Virus record (IMG/VR): IMGVR_UViG_3300023174_005350
Location: 11,006 to 75,005 of that record
Reading direction: 5' to 3' (one strand)
Origin: a virus
Length of the DNA: 64,000 nt
Shown: positions 37,741-50,300 of the stretch, piece after piece
How the letters are laid out: each line of letters begins with the position of its first letter
Numbering within the stretch: the stretch's first letter is position 1
Position numbers and translations under genes: made by a program
Notes under the pieces: generated by a model
What the model was told of the DNA's origin: nothing
What the model saw: only the letters and a program-made list of their open reading frames with translations
Databases searched by the model: none

Positions 37741-40700
37741 ATGTCATTAAAAGATCTTTTTGGTAATGCCTCTGATAAAGTAATTTCTAATAAACAGCTA
37801 CAAGATTTATACGATCAAGCTGAATCTGAAGGATATTTAGAAGAATTACTAGAGGATAAGGAACGATACCAACCAGCAATTGATTTCTCAGATCCTGCCA
37901 ATTTTGCTGTTTATGGTTCTGCTGAAAGATATTACGTTGACGGTATTACAAACATATATCAAAATTATCCATATGATGGTTCTAAAAAAGAAAAACAGGA
38001 ATGGAGAAACTTATCTTCTCAATTAGATAATTATATTTTTGATAATATATACCCAAAAACTACTGGATATGTAACTTTTTCTGGTTCTACTCCATCAGTA
38101 CTTTCTACTTATCGCTCTTCTTCTAATGCTCAATACGTTATAGTAAAAGGCGGACCAAACCCTTCTCCAACTGGTAAATTTGAAACAGCAAACATATATG
38201 ATTTAAATACCAATAGAGAAAGCAATCTTCGAATTTCAGAACATGGTAACACGGTAGAGTTTTGGTTTAAAGATAATACAGTTTCTGGCAGTGCATTTTC
38301 TCAAGCGAGATATGCTTTGTTTGATTTGTGGAATGGCGTAAGTAACGTAGCAAATAACTATACAAGATTATTAATTGCGAAAAAAGAAAGCGCAACAGAA
38401 AATAAATTTATTGTTACATATGCATCCGGTTCTAATGGTATAGATGAACATGAATTATCATACAACTTTGATCCCTTCAACTGGCATCATTATGCGTTTA
38501 CGTTTGGCAACACAGGTCCAAATCTAAACGATTTGGAAGTATGTTTATACGTCGATGGCGCTTTAGTATCAAGAGATGTAGTAACTAATGGCGGCGGCAT
38601 CTCGCTTGCAGATAACGCCAATCTAATAGCCTTCTTGGGCGCTTATAGGTCAGATCCAAACGGTTCTGCTACTAATCTTGCGGGGCTAGGAGCTAGCTTT
38701 GGTTCTTATGATGAATTTAGATTCTGGAAGGCCACAAGAACATCTAGACAAATTTATAGAAATTGGTTTACACAAGTCGGCGGTGGAACAAACACTGACG
38801 ATTCCAATACAAGTTTAGGTGTATATTTTAAATTTAACGAAGGCATAATTGATACCGGTTCTATCAATTCTTTGGATGCTGTTTGTGTAGATTATAGCGG
38901 AAGAGTATCTAACGGAACTATAAATAATTATAGCTTGAACTGCAAATCTACTTCTTCTGCTATCGATATATATTTCGATAAGACTGTAGAGGGAATGGAG
39001 CCAAAAGATCCAATTATTTTTTCTTCTAATCCTCTAGTTCAAAACGTATTAACACAATATGCAGAAACTGGATTCCAGTACGATGTGACTAGTACTTCTG
39101 GGATTTATAAAAAAATCCCTTCATGGATAACGGAAGATGCTGAGAAGGAAAATTATCCAGACTTACAAAGATTAGTCCAGATTATATCAAGCTATTTTGA
39201 TACTCTACAATTGCAGATAAGTAAGCTTTCTTCTATTAAAGATATTGAATATAGCGCACAAACCGACAAACCAAAACCATTCTATTCTAATATTTTAAAT
39301 TCTCATGGATTTGATAATATTGAAATTTTCAATGATACAACATTCTTAGAAGATGTTTTGTCCAGAAACGAATCTAGCCAATTTGAAGAAAAAGTAAATA
39401 ACATAAAAAATATTATTTACCAAAATATATATAACAATCTTTCCTATATTTACAAGAGCAAAGGTACTGAAAAAGCCTTTAGAAATCTTATTAGGTCTTT
39501 TGGTATAGATAATGAATTAGTAAAAATTAATCTTTATGCTAATAATGCCGAATATGACTTCAGCAATAAATACAACTACACATCGGTATCAAAAAAGTTT
39601 GTTGATTTCAATAGTCCAGATAGAAATAGTGGTGCAATAATACAAAAAAACAAGTCTGGTGATTCTAATACCAGAGGATATATTGCTGGCGTTGCTTCTG
39701 GTAAATTAGATTATGCACCAATTACTGTACAAGCAGAAGTAATATTTCCCAAAAAATCTGATGGCGAATTTGATAGTTATTACACCACTAATTTTACTGA
39801 TGTTTCTTTGTTTGGATGTCATACGGCTGACAGCAACGACTCTATATTAACTTGGCATAATAATGATAACTTTAACTTCCAAGTATATGCCATAAAGAGC
39901 GACATAAACAGTCCAGACGTATATTTTAAATTAACCGGCTCTTTATCTGGTTCAGGTTTTAATATAACTTCCAGTGTCTATAAACACGTATATGATAATC
40001 AAAAATGGAATTTAGCTGTAAGAATTAAGCCAGAGAAACTTGGTTTTATATCATATTCTTCTGGTAGTTATGAAACAGATTATGTAGTAGAATTTGTTGG
40101 CTTTAATAGCTTATTAGACACAGCCGTAAATGATACATTCATCTTAACGGCATCTATTCCTAAAGACGATGCGCAATCAGCCTTACGAGAAAATAAAAGA
40201 TTATACGTAGGTGCTCATTATGACAACTTTAATCCTTCCAATTTATTATCTCAAACAGACGTAAAGATTTCTTCTGTTAGATATTGGTTAGATTACTTAA
40301 CAAATGAAGAATTACAAGTTCATTCGTTTGATGCATCAAACTATGGTACAGTCCATCCTAACTGGAAACCAGAGTTTATAACTGACAGCTTAATAATAAC
40401 AAAAGCTGATATGTTATTGCTTAATTGGACTTTTGATAATGTAACTTCTTCAAATATTAGCGGAGAATTTACTGTAGATGATATATCATCTGGTTCTCTT
40501 GCATTAACAAATAGATATGGAATTGGATGGCTTGGAGATGTTGTTGGATATCAACAATCAGGCTATGGCTTTGGCTTCGATGCATCAGACGCCCAAGTAA
40601 CAAACAAAGAATATATCTATTCAGCCAAAGTAGCTACGCCGGAAATATTTAATGGCTCTGACATGATTCAAGTGCCAGATACTGATGATTTTATCAGAGA

Positions 40701-43700
40701 AAAAACCCCAAAGCCACTTTCTTTCTATTTCTCAATAGAAAAGAGCATGGCACAAGTTATTAACGATGAAATATTAAATTGGTTTGCTACAATTAAAAAT
40801 TTCAATAATTTAATCGGTCAGCCAAATCAACGCTATAAGAAAGAATATTCAGATCTCGTTCATTTAAGAAAACTTTTCTTTGAAAAAGTAAACAATGAAC
40901 CAGATTATGAAAAGTTCTTAGAATTCTATAAGTGGATTGACTCATCTATATCTATGATGATCGGCCAATTAGCACCAGCATCTTCTAATGTAAGTGATAA
41001 AGTAAGAAACATTATAGAAAACACTGTATTAGATCGTAATAAGTATGAAAATAAAGTAGCTACAATAGAATATAAGGACACTATTGTTCCGCTAGTTAGC
41101 ACAGCACAATCATTTAGCTATCCCTTACAAAACGCCCCACATAGCCCAGCCGGTGTTTTATGGTATAAACAAAGAGCCATACGTACTCAAGAAGTAAGTG
41201 GTGGAACAGAAACAATTACTACTCCATTAGAACCACAAAACGACATAGATAGAGAAATTATTAGACAAGTAATAAACTATTCTTCATACGGCAAGGGAGT
41301 ACAATTCTACGATACTGGTAGTGACTCCTTCTATGAAGGAAATAAAGATTTAAATAGAAGTTTCTCAAGGCATTATAAATTAGTAGCAGATAAGCTTCTA
41401 ATTATAGATGGAACAATTGTTGGCAATGAAATAAGCAATGTTTCTTCTAGCAATGTTTTCCAATTTGCTGGAGATATAGCTGCTTCTTCCAATCAAACAC
41501 AAGTAATAGATCCATTTAATTCTAGATTCTCTATTAATTCTAGGCCACAATTATTTGACATAGCTACTTCTGCATCCTATGAAGGTGTTAGAAAAAGCTC
41601 TAAGAGTGTATATAAGTTCAAAAATCCATATGAATATTTCCAAACATCTGGACGTAGCACAAACAATAAATCATTTGTAGATTTAGAAGGAAATGTATTC
41701 TTAGAATATTCTATTAATCCTTTAAATATCGTTGAAAGAGCATTACCAAACAGAGCAATGGAAAATGGTGGGGCTCGCAAGACAATTTTTGTTGAGCGCT
41801 TTAGTGCCCCCGGAGGCTCAGAAGTAAATGCCCGTGGTATGTTGGATCCAGTAGCCGAAGAATTTTCAGTATACAATGGCTTGAACAATAGAAATCTTCG
41901 CGTAAGGAAATTCTTAGATAGTTGGATGAGAGAATCTGGCAGTATTGATTCTAGCTATCCCTCTTATCATAAGATTATTAAAAACGTTGTTCGTTATCCC
42001 GGTGATGAAACTGGCACAACAGTAAACGAACAAACGGATAACGGATTTATCAGCCACGCCATACCACGCAGCGATTCACAATATGCTTGGATTAGTGCAT
42101 CAATGTCAGGAAATAGCATATTTAGCGGATATGATAGTGAATATGATAACTTAAATAAAGGTTATCAATTCTTGAGCGGAGCTAAAATATCAACATATAT
42201 TTTACCATTTATAAATTATAGATTTTTTGGTAATAATTCATTAGATCAGTATATATCAGATAAAAATATCTATACTTCTTCTAATCTTATTTCAACTGGC
42301 ACTTTACAACCTTTAACCGCACTTAATGCTGCAAATCAATTAAGGTCTTATATATTAAATTTAAATGGTCCTTATCAATATCCTTCTTGGAAACAAATAA
42401 GAAATAGCGAAAATTCGCTAACTATTTTATCAAGAAAGAATAACAATATTACTGTTCAAGATACGCCAACAGTTTTAGATAACCGTTCAGATACTTTTAA
42501 AACATTTAGAGAACCACCAGTAGAATATAACACTCCCATGAAACACACGGTAGATGTTAGTGGATCTACTGGTTCTTTTGATGTGATTAGTTCTTATGAT
42601 AACAACAAGGATAAGTTTGCTAATCCCGCTTTAATGAGCGCTACGGGCCAGTCTAAGCGTGATGAGAAGCAGGCTCATGAAGTACTAATATCTTTAGCGA
42701 ACGGCGAATATAAGCCAGAACCAAGAATATTAAACGCTTCTTACACAAGCATGATATTACCAACTAAACAACACGTTGGGTTAAAAGAAACAAGAACACG
42801 CCCTAGCTACACAGAAGAAGCAGGCACTGGCTCTAATGGATATGATAGAAATGTTGCTGAAATTAGAACTTTCTGGCGTGATTCACTAGCAAATAGAAAG
42901 CGTACAAATGCATTCTATTCTTCTAGCAAAACTGGTTCATTGAACAGTTTAAATATTGCACAATTAAGTGCATCAGCTACATCGTCTGCATACACGGGTT
43001 ATATTCGTTATAGTGGTACATTATTATATGTCCCACAAATTACAGCTAGTAAAAATTATCAAGAATATTACGATGCAGTTAATTCTTTAGAAAATAATAA
43101 TTCTTATTCTATTAATTTAGTTAGCGGCACTGATTATACCCAAAATCAACTATCTATTGATTCTTCTATAATGGGCGATTTAGCTGGATTTGACGAAATA
43201 GAGGCTAGAAACTTTTTAGCTGCTCAAAGTGGCACATATTACTTACAAAATGTTACTAAATCAGATAATGTTGAACAGGTAGAATATTTTAAATATGATC
43301 CAAGTTATAATTTTGTAAGACCAAAACCATCATATACTTATAAAATTCATTATCCAAGTTGTACATCTGTATATGGTTTTCTAACACCAATATCTCCGGG
43401 TGTAACTTCTTCATATACGGGTTTTAAATATAGACAATTTATAAATGAAGGAATGACTTATAATACTAATATTATAGCAGGGAAGAATCCTTGGTATAAT
43501 ACTTATGAACAATTTTTTGAAGATTTAAGACCCTATTCAGCCAATAAAACTATATTACCAGAATATAATTTTAGCGAACACGGCGATTATTATATAAAAG
43601 AAAAGAATGGCGATTATACATCACAGCCGCCAGAAAATTATATTTCATTTGACGGAAGCGATGTGTCCGTTAATTCTATAGATGGCGCTTATAATATCAC

Positions 43701-46320
43701 CGATAAATTAGATAATTTTATATTAAATGATTTAGAAGGTGAAAAGAAGATAAAATTACAAATAGATGGTATTAAAAAATTATTACCATATAAAGGATTT
43801 TATCCACAAGAAAGAACTGTTCAAATAGTTGATTTATTTCAAAAGTCTTTCTTTGATATATCAATGAGTGATATAACTGGGGGATATCCAACATTAGTCG
43901 GTAATAAAGATAGAGTTAGGGCTGGTTACCAAGAAACATCAGGTTCACCATTAATACAACAAATGCAAACTTTATTGCAACCTTATTTTGCTCCGGGTAT
44001 ATTATTTAATACTATAAAATCTGGAATAGCCGTTGATTGGCCAACAATGTATTCAGGAGCTTTTAATTATTATAATAACAAACAATGGGTTTTACCGGGC
44101 GGTCCTCCTCCGTATGCTGTTCCGTTCCCAATGCGTAAACATGTTACGTCTTCATTTGCAAATTCTTCTACAGATAGCAACATTGTAGTGCTAAGTGGGA
44201 ATTTTGATATAAGAGTTCCATTTGAATCTTTATTAGATTTACGAGGATATGATGAAGATATCAATAAATATTTAAATTATTTAGATCCTACTCGATATTC
44301 TAAAGAAACAAATTTTTTGTATTCAAGTGATTTAAGAAAAAATCCTTTATTTTCTTTTAATAACAAGTATTCAAAAAATAATCAAGGAAAAAAGTTTATT
44401 GATGACAGATATACATTAGCTATAAACAATTTCCTAGCAGAAACACCTAGATTCTTTTTAAAAGATCAACAACTAACAAGTTTTGATAGCGGAAAACAAT
44501 CAAAAGATTTAAATTTCAAAGCTGGCGTGTCATATGAAATGTATGTAAAAATTGAAGCAACCCCAGATTTTAAAATGGTATTAGATACTACTAGCGAATA
44601 TAATTACAATTTTGATGTTTACACGGGACTAGTGCCAACTTTTAATACAGTTAAAATTCCAGCTGCTTCTACTTTTGGTCCTCCGACACAATTCTTCAAT
44701 TCTTCAACAGGCTCAGAGATTATATATGGCCATAAAGCATATGATGCAGCGGCGTATGCGCCATATGTTCCACCTTATTATTATGGCCCACAATATATAA
44801 AATTACAATTTGTTCCTACATCAAGTGGAAATTATAAATACGAAGATATTATTTATCAATTAACAGTATCATGCGAACCGGCAACTAGAGATTTAAATTA
44901 TTATTTTAGCTCATCAATAAATTCTCTTGGCGGTGATGCATCAACTGGAGATTTTACCGGCTCTACCGCTTATGCTAATAGAATGCCTTTAAGTTCAAGT
45001 ATTTTATATAATGTATTAGTTGATGATAAACAAGTTGCTTATAAGTTATCTGGAGAAGTTCAAACTGCAACACAAACTACTGATACATCATTAAGTCGTT
45101 GGAGAATACAAACAAAATTTGAAACCCCAGTATTAAATTTTAATACTGATTTAAATAAATCTATAAGCGTTCTTTATGAAACCGGCTCTCAATTTTCTAC
45201 TACTACGCCTAAAGTTGGTGGCGGATTTACTACTATAAATCACAGTTCATCAATAACAAAGTTTGGTTTCACGGGTATGTGGGGCGGATATGCTCAAACA
45301 GGCTCTAATTCTGGCGTAAAATTATCTATTGAACCCGGAAAAGTAGCACCATATAACGAAATAGCGCCAACTGACGACTTAGCTTCTGCTTGCGGATTTG
45401 ATACAAGCGCACAATCAAAGAAATATATTGGTCAAATAGCTCAAAAGAAACAAATCGGTGAAGCAATAGTCATGATTCCATTTACAAAGACTAGAAATCA
45501 CATAGGAACTGATGAAAAGAAGGTAGACATAAATAAAGCCATCACAATTCCAGAAATTATTGGAGAAAACGGAAAGACATCCAATAACGTTACTAATGGA
45601 CCATATTATTTTAATGTAGATAAAAATGTAATTAATGATGTTTTCAAAGATAATAATATATCTATTGATTTTAGAGATACAAAAATAACATACCAAGATA
45701 TTAAAAATTTGCTTTCAAATACACAAAATATATCTAATAATTCAATTCTAAACTCAATGAAATTAATGACGCAATACGTCGTTCCTCCACATTTAGATTG
45801 GATTTTCGATAGAACAATTAAGCCTTTTGCAATGTATATTTTTGAATTCACACATGATTTAGACGGCGGCGAGTTAGCAGATATATGGCAAGGCGTTATG
45901 CCCACGTCAGCAATGGCTGCGACAAAAGATTCTGTCAGTATCGAACATGCATTTACAGAAAAAGAATTCTTCCACGGTAAAAAACTGCCAGATGATATTC
46001 AGTGGAAAGTATTTAAGGTAAAGAAACGTGCAAATTATCTATATGATAGCTTGATTAACGGCAAAGAAGAACGCTTTGTGTTTAATCCGGGAACATCAGA
46101 AGAATTAGTATATTCTTATAATTGGCCTTATGATTATTTCTCACTAGTTGAACTAGTTAATATTAAAGCTTCTTTAGAAGTTGATAACACTAATTTACAA
46201 ACACAAGAAACAATAATAAACCCTTCAGAAATAGTTAAGGCTTTACAACAACCAGATTCTCAAAAAAGAATTGCAGAATTAGGAAAAAATACAAATAAAA
46301 AATTAAAAGGTGTTAAATAG
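37741..46320 (+). CDS. Giant baseplate/tail protein (2859 aa) with LamG/concanavalin-A-like domains and a gp7-like segment
   Basis: TVEFW, WHHYAFT, LYVDG, DEFRFW (LamG); IYKSKGTEKAFRNLIRSFG (gp7/P2 gpI-like). Confidence 0.75.
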   Translation: MSLKDLFGNASDKVISNKQLQDLYDQAESEGYLEELLEDKERYQPAIDFSDPANFAVYGSAERYYVDGITNIYQNYPYDGSKKEKQEWRNLSSQLDNYIFDNIYPKTTGYVTFSGSTPSVLSTYRSSSNAQYVIVKGGPNPSPTGKFETANIYDLNTNRESNLRISEHGNTVEFWFKDNTVSGSAFSQARYALFDLWNGVSNVANNYTRLLIAKKESATENKFIVTYASGSNGIDEHELSYNFDPFNWHHYAFTFGNTGPNLNDLEVCLYVDGALVSRDVVTNGGGISLADNANLIAFLGAYRSDPNGSATNLAGLGASFGSYDEFRFWKATRTSRQIYRNWFTQVGGGTNTDDSNTSLGVYFKFNEGIIDTGSINSLDAVCVDYSGRVSNGTINNYSLNCKSTSSAIDIYFDKTVEGMEPKDPIIFSSNPLVQNVLTQYAETGFQYDVTSTSGIYKKIPSWITEDAEKENYPDLQRLVQIISSYFDTLQLQISKLSSIKDIEYSAQTDKPKPFYSNILNSHGFDNIEIFNDTTFLEDVLSRNESSQFEEKVNNIKNIIYQNIYNNLSYIYKSKGTEKAFRNLIRSFGIDNELVKINLYANNAEYDFSNKYNYTSVSKKFVDFNSPDRNSGAIIQKNKSGDSNTRGYIAGVASGKLDYAPITVQAEVIFPKKSDGEFDSYYTTNFTDVSLFGCHTADSNDSILTWHNNDNFNFQVYAIKSDINSPDVYFKLTGSLSGSGFNITSSVYKHVYDNQKWNLAVRIKPEKLGFISYSSGSYETDYVVEFVGFNSLLDTAVNDTFILTASIPKDDAQSALRENKRLYVGAHYDNFNPSNLLSQTDVKISSVRYWLDYLTNEELQVHSFDASNYGTVHPNWKPEFITDSLIITKADMLLLNWTFDNVTSSNISGEFTVDDISSGSLALTNRYGIGWLGDVVGYQQSGYGFGFDASDAQVTNKEYIYSAKVATPEIFNGSDMIQVPDTDDFIREKTPKPLSFYFSIEKSMAQVINDEILNWFATIKNFNNLIGQPNQRYKKEYSDLVHLRKLFFEKVNNEPDYEKFLEFYKWIDSSISMMIGQLAPASSNVSDKVRNIIENTVLDRNKYENKVATIEYKDTIVPLVSTAQSFSYPLQNAPHSPAGVLWYKQRAIRTQEVSGGTETITTPLEPQNDIDREIIRQVINYSSYGKGVQFYDTGSDSFYEGNKDLNRSFSRHYKLVADKLLIIDGTIVGNEISNVSSSNVFQFAGDIAASSNQTQVIDPFNSRFSINSRPQLFDIATSASYEGVRKSSKSVYKFKNPYEYFQTSGRSTNNKSFVDLEGNVFLEYSINPLNIVERALPNRAMENGGARKTIFVERFSAPGGSEVNARGMLDPVAEEFSVYNGLNNRNLRVRKFLDSWMRESGSIDSSYPSYHKIIKNVVRYPGDETGTTVNEQTDNGFISHAIPRSDSQYAWISASMSGNSIFSGYDSEYDNLNKGYQFLSGAKISTYILPFINYRFFGNNSLDQYISDKNIYTSSNLISTGTLQPLTALNAANQLRSYILNLNGPYQYPSWKQIRNSENSLTILSRKNNNITVQDTPTVLDNRSDTFKTFREPPVEYNTPMKHTVDVSGSTGSFDVISSYDNNKDKFANPALMSATGQSKRDEKQAHEVLISLANGEYKPEPRILNASYTSMILPTKQHVGLKETRTRPSYTEEAGTGSNGYDRNVAEIRTFWRDSLANRKRTNAFYSSSKTGSLNSLNIAQLSASATSSAYTGYIRYSGTLLYVPQITASKNYQEYYDAVNSLENNNSYSINLVSGTDYTQNQLSIDSSIMGDLAGFDEIEARNFLAAQSGTYYLQNVTKSDNVEQVEYFKYDPSYNFVRPKPSYTYKIHYPSCTSVYGFLTPISPGVTSSYTGFKYRQFINEGMTYNTNIIAGKNPWYNTYEQFFEDLRPYSANKTILPEYNFSEHGDYYIKEKNGDYTSQPPENYISFDGSDVSVNSIDGAYNITDKLDNFILNDLEGEKKIKLQIDGIKKLLPYKGFYPQERTVQIVDLFQKSFFDISMSDITGGYPTLVGNKDRVRAGYQETSGSPLIQQMQTLLQPYFAPGILFNTIKSGIAVDWPTMYSGAFNYYNNKQWVLPGGPPPYAVPFPMRKHVTSSFANSSTDSNIVVLSGNFDIRVPFESLLDLRGYDEDINKYLNYLDPTRYSKETNFLYSSDLRKNPLFSFNNKYSKNNQGKKFIDDRYTLAINNFLAETPRFFLKDQQLTSFDSGKQSKDLNFKAGVSYEMYVKIEATPDFKMVLDTTSEYNYNFDVYTGLVPTFNTVKIPAASTFGPPTQFFNSSTGSEIIYGHKAYDAAAYAPYVPPYYYGPQYIKLQFVPTSSGNYKYEDIIYQLTVSCEPATRDLNYYFSSSINSLGGDASTGDFTGSTAYANRMPLSSSILYNVLVDDKQVAYKLSGEVQTATQTTDTSLSRWRIQTKFETPVLNFNTDLNKSISVLYETGSQFSTTTPKVGGGFTTINHSSSITKFGFTGMWGGYAQTGSNSGVKLSIEPGKVAPYNEIAPTDDLASACGFDTSAQSKKYIGQIAQKKQIGEAIVMIPFTKTRNHIGTDEKKVDINKAITIPEIIGENGKTSNNVTNGPYYFNVDKNVINDVFKDNNISIDFRDTKITYQDIKNLLSNTQNISNNSILNSMKLMTQYVVPPHLDWIFDRTIKPFAMYIFEFTHDLDGGELADIWQGVMPTSAMAATKDSVSIEHAFTEKEFFHGKKLPDDIQWKVFKVKKRANYLYDSLINGKEERFVFNPGTSEELVYSYNWPYDYFSLVELVNIKASLEVDNTNLQTQETIINPSEIVKALQQPDSQKRIAELGKNTNKKLKGVK

Positions 46321-46329
46321 GTAAATAAA

Positions 46330-47316
46330 ATGTCTTTTTTTGATAGCAAACAAGAAACCATCAATATAGAGCTTACATCTTATGGCAAACTTTTGCTATC
46401 AAAAGGTAAATTTAAACCTGTTTATTATGCATTTTTTGATGATGATGTTGTGTATGATTCTTCTTATATTCAGATAAGCGAATCACAAAACGATATACAA
46501 CAGCGTATAATGAATGAAACACCCATAAATAAACCGCAAACTATATTTACTGGTGCAGATAAAACAGTTAAACAAAATACAGAATTATACACAGAATACC
46601 AAAAAATATATAATAATATTTTGCAAGAAAACGAAATATTAAAATTAGTCGAGCAACAGGTAGAATCAGAAAAGAACTATGCTCTTTGTTTTCCAATAGG
46701 TAAGTCTTCATTTAATAGCGAATACCATCCCGCGTGGAACATCAATTTTATAAGCGGTGCATTATCTTCATCTGCTCCATATGTTGATAATTCAAATGGT
46801 AAAAGCGGTTCATTGCAACCATATCTAAAAATACCACAATTAAATTTAAAAGACAGCGTTCAAGATGTTTTATTAATAAAAGAAGATGGATTCGTATTAC
46901 CCCCAGAAGAATATGAAAATGTTGGTTTTTTAATAGACGAAGAGGGAAATACTACTACCATTAATATAAAACTAGATCAATATTTATTAGAAGTTTTAGA
47001 AAAAAATGTTGATGACGCAAAAGAAAATTTTGATATGGAAGTGTTTATCGAAGAACCAAATGTATTAGATCCAAATTCTAATTACTGGAGGCAGCTTAAT
47101 TTTATAAAAAAACCAGTTATAATTAAAGATAATATTCTTTTAGATAAACCAGAAATACCAGAGAATATTGAAAATTTATATAAAAATCCAAACTTTGTCG
47201 AACACTACTTAAATATATTAATAGACGATGAAATCATTTTACCAGCTAAACAACAAATTAAGGTTGGAACATATGATTCTAATATTACGCCAAGTTCTAT
47301 CGGAGAAGATTGTTAA
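46330..47316 (+). CDS. Virion structural protein; N-terminus paralogous to 52713
   Basis: MSFFDSKQETINIELTSYGKLLLSKGKFKPVYYAFFDDDVVYD. Confidence 0.65.
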   Translation: MSFFDSKQETINIELTSYGKLLLSKGKFKPVYYAFFDDDVVYDSSYIQISESQNDIQQRIMNETPINKPQTIFTGADKTVKQNTELYTEYQKIYNNILQENEILKLVEQQVESEKNYALCFPIGKSSFNSEYHPAWNINFISGALSSSAPYVDNSNGKSGSLQPYLKIPQLNLKDSVQDVLLIKEDGFVLPPEEYENVGFLIDEEGNTTTINIKLDQYLLEVLEKNVDDAKENFDMEVFIEEPNVLDPNSNYWRQLNFIKKPVIIKDNILLDKPEIPENIENLYKNPNFVEHYLNILIDDEIILPAKQQIKVGTYDSNITPSSIGEDC

Positions 47317-50300
47317 TGTTTTTTGCATTTAATAAAGAACAAATAAAAGCTGCAAAAGATACAGTTTTTCCAAGCGCTGGATATATTAACTTATCATCGG
47401 CTATTATCGATAATTATGGTCCTAATTATACATCTATAAAATTGTCGTATATTTTGCAAGACGTTTTAGGAGATTTAAAAGTTTTTAATGTTTTGACAGC
47501 AAAAAAAATGATGAATCTCAGAATTTTTGAAATTTCCAGTCAACAAATGCAGGATGAATTAGCAAACATAAAAAATATTAAAGACTTAAATTCACTCTTA
47601 AAAAGTTATGGAGTTTATTATAAGGACGTTAATGCTGCTGTATCATTCGTAGGCGATCCATATAAGCTAGAAGAGCATTATGTACAAAATAATAATGTAT
47701 TTTTAAATTATAATTTTGATTTCTTATTAGCAAAAAAAGATCCAGAATATTTGTCATTTGGCTGCGTATTTTATTATGATGTAAGTGAATATTGTTTAGA
47801 AAATGAAGTATTACAAGACAACGTAACTTACGAAGCTATTTTTGGTGAAATAAAAACTTTTAATTTAATTAACGCTAAAAAACCAGCTTCCGCATCATTA
47901 AAAGATTTAAGAATAGTAAAAGATATATTTGCGATAGATAGACTTTATGAACAAACGAGTCTTAAAACTACTGGTGTAAAAATACAGAGCGTAGATAATA
48001 AAAAAATACCTAATAAACAATTTTTTTCTAATATATATTACACAAAAAAAAGCAGCACAGAATTATCAGCTTTATTTAATTTAGACTTTTTTAAATTAGT
48101 ATATGATAATTCTCCTTTAAGAGAAGTAATATATAAAAGCGATTCTGTTGAAAAATTATTGAATCAATCGACAATAAGCCATTTCAAGTTTAAGAGAAGA
48201 TTAGTTAAAGAACAATTTAAAAATTACGTTCCAGTAGAACAAGAAAGTTCAGATGTAATTCAAACATATGAAAATACATCAACTGGTTTATTGACAAGCG
48301 TTGATGATAGTTTCGGTTCTGTAAAAGAATCAGCCATATATACTAATGAAGATTTAAAAATCAGGACTTTTCAACTTCTAGATAAGAAAGTATATTCTAC
48401 TAAAAAAGGTATATATCAATATGGTGTTGAGCTAAAGGTAGTAGATGGCTTAATAGAATATCTATACAACTTAACAGATCAACTTTTGCTTGATAGCAGT
48501 TTATTAAAAAAATATTTATCTGAAACAGATAAGTTTGTAACGATACCAAAAGATTCAAGAAATATAAATCCACATTTATTGCTTAGTTCAGCAATAAAGA
48601 CTGGCTATTATGATCCTTTAAGTGCTCGATTCACGCCAGCATTTTTATATAACGTATTTCCACAACAATATCAAAGCGATATATTAAAGGTAATTGCGAG
48701 ATATGTCGAGTCTTTAAGTATATTGGGCATGTTAAAAACATCTGTAGAGGATACAACTTCAGTATTTACTTCTCTTTTAAATCCTTCTTTTGCAACAGCT
48801 CAAACTATTTCTTATTTTATAAAAGCACATTCTAAGTTAATATCAGAAATTAACAAGATATTAAAAGAAACAAAAAACAACTATTATAAATTAGAATATT
48901 GGTTTGAAAATGATTACGTAGATGCTTCATATGATTCTTCACTTGGTTATGAATTTATAGAATATGATTCTAATACTGTTATGCAAACAGCAACAGATGA
49001 TTATATCAAGATTAGAACCGATGAAGAAATAAAGAAATATTCTAATAATGGTTCAATAAGCGCCGAGCAACAAAAAAATAAATATGCATTTTTATCACCA
49101 ATAAAAGTAACCGCTAGAACTAAAACATTAGAATTAGATAAATTGCTTGAAGAAAAAAATACTTTTGCTTTGCAAGAATATAAAGATACAGAATTAGATA
49201 TAAAAAGATATAATTTATTAAAAGATGCCGATAAAGAAGTAATAGTAAGCGATTTAACCAAAGGCTTGAGTGCAGAACAGCAAAAACAAATATTAAAGAG
49301 CAACAGAATATTTAATAATAAATCTGTGTCTCTTGAGATAGTTCAAGATAAAAATGCATTAGTTAGCGGCAGTGAATATAAGGTTATTGATTATGTCGAT
49401 CCAACTATGTTGCAATTAGGCTTATCAAAATATATTAATTACTCTAATAATAGTTTTATAAACAAAGCCACTAGTTTATCGCAATCTTATAGCTTACAAG
49501 CTGACTTGCTAAAGCAAAATAACAGTAGATATTTTGATAATACAAGTGATTATTTAAATGATTTAGATATTAATTCTAAATATCTGTTCTTATATTCTTC
49601 AATTCATCAAATAGAATATTTAACTTATAAACAAAATTTGAAAGATGAAGTATGGAAATTGTTTGATGAAGAAGCATACCGCAATCTATCAAATACTAAA
49701 ACATTGTTTTGTCGTTTAAAGTTAGTAGATAATCCATTATTTGATCAAATAAAATTACCAGTATTTAATAGTTATTTCTTATTAAATTATATAGAAGGTG
49801 AAAAAACAAGTTCTAGAATGCCATTAGATAAGATACCAGAGGAACCACCAAGAGCACAATTTTTGCCATCGCTTCCTCCATATGTTCCACCAAAAAAACC
49901 TTTTGGTTTATCTAAAAAAGATATTAACCCGTCCGTGATGAACATTTTTAAAGCACCAGAAGATGATATTTATGATTTAGGAACACGTACTGGTACAGGA
50001 GTTAATGCAGAACAGGATGCTGCATATGAGGCTTATTTAAATAGTTTAGCTTCAGGTCCAGAGTTGCCACAAGAAATATCTCTTCCAACAGATGGTGCAA
50101 CACCCAATGTTCCCGGCGATACATATGATAGTGACTCTGCTATGAGTATATTGGCACCAGATACAAGATATTCAATGTATGAAAATCAAGAAATAAGATT
50201 TGGTAACAATAATGATACTATTTTATTGAGATCACAAAATAAAAAGTATCGTTTAGTAGGAAGAAAATATGGGTTATTTTTGCAAGAAGTAGTAATTGAT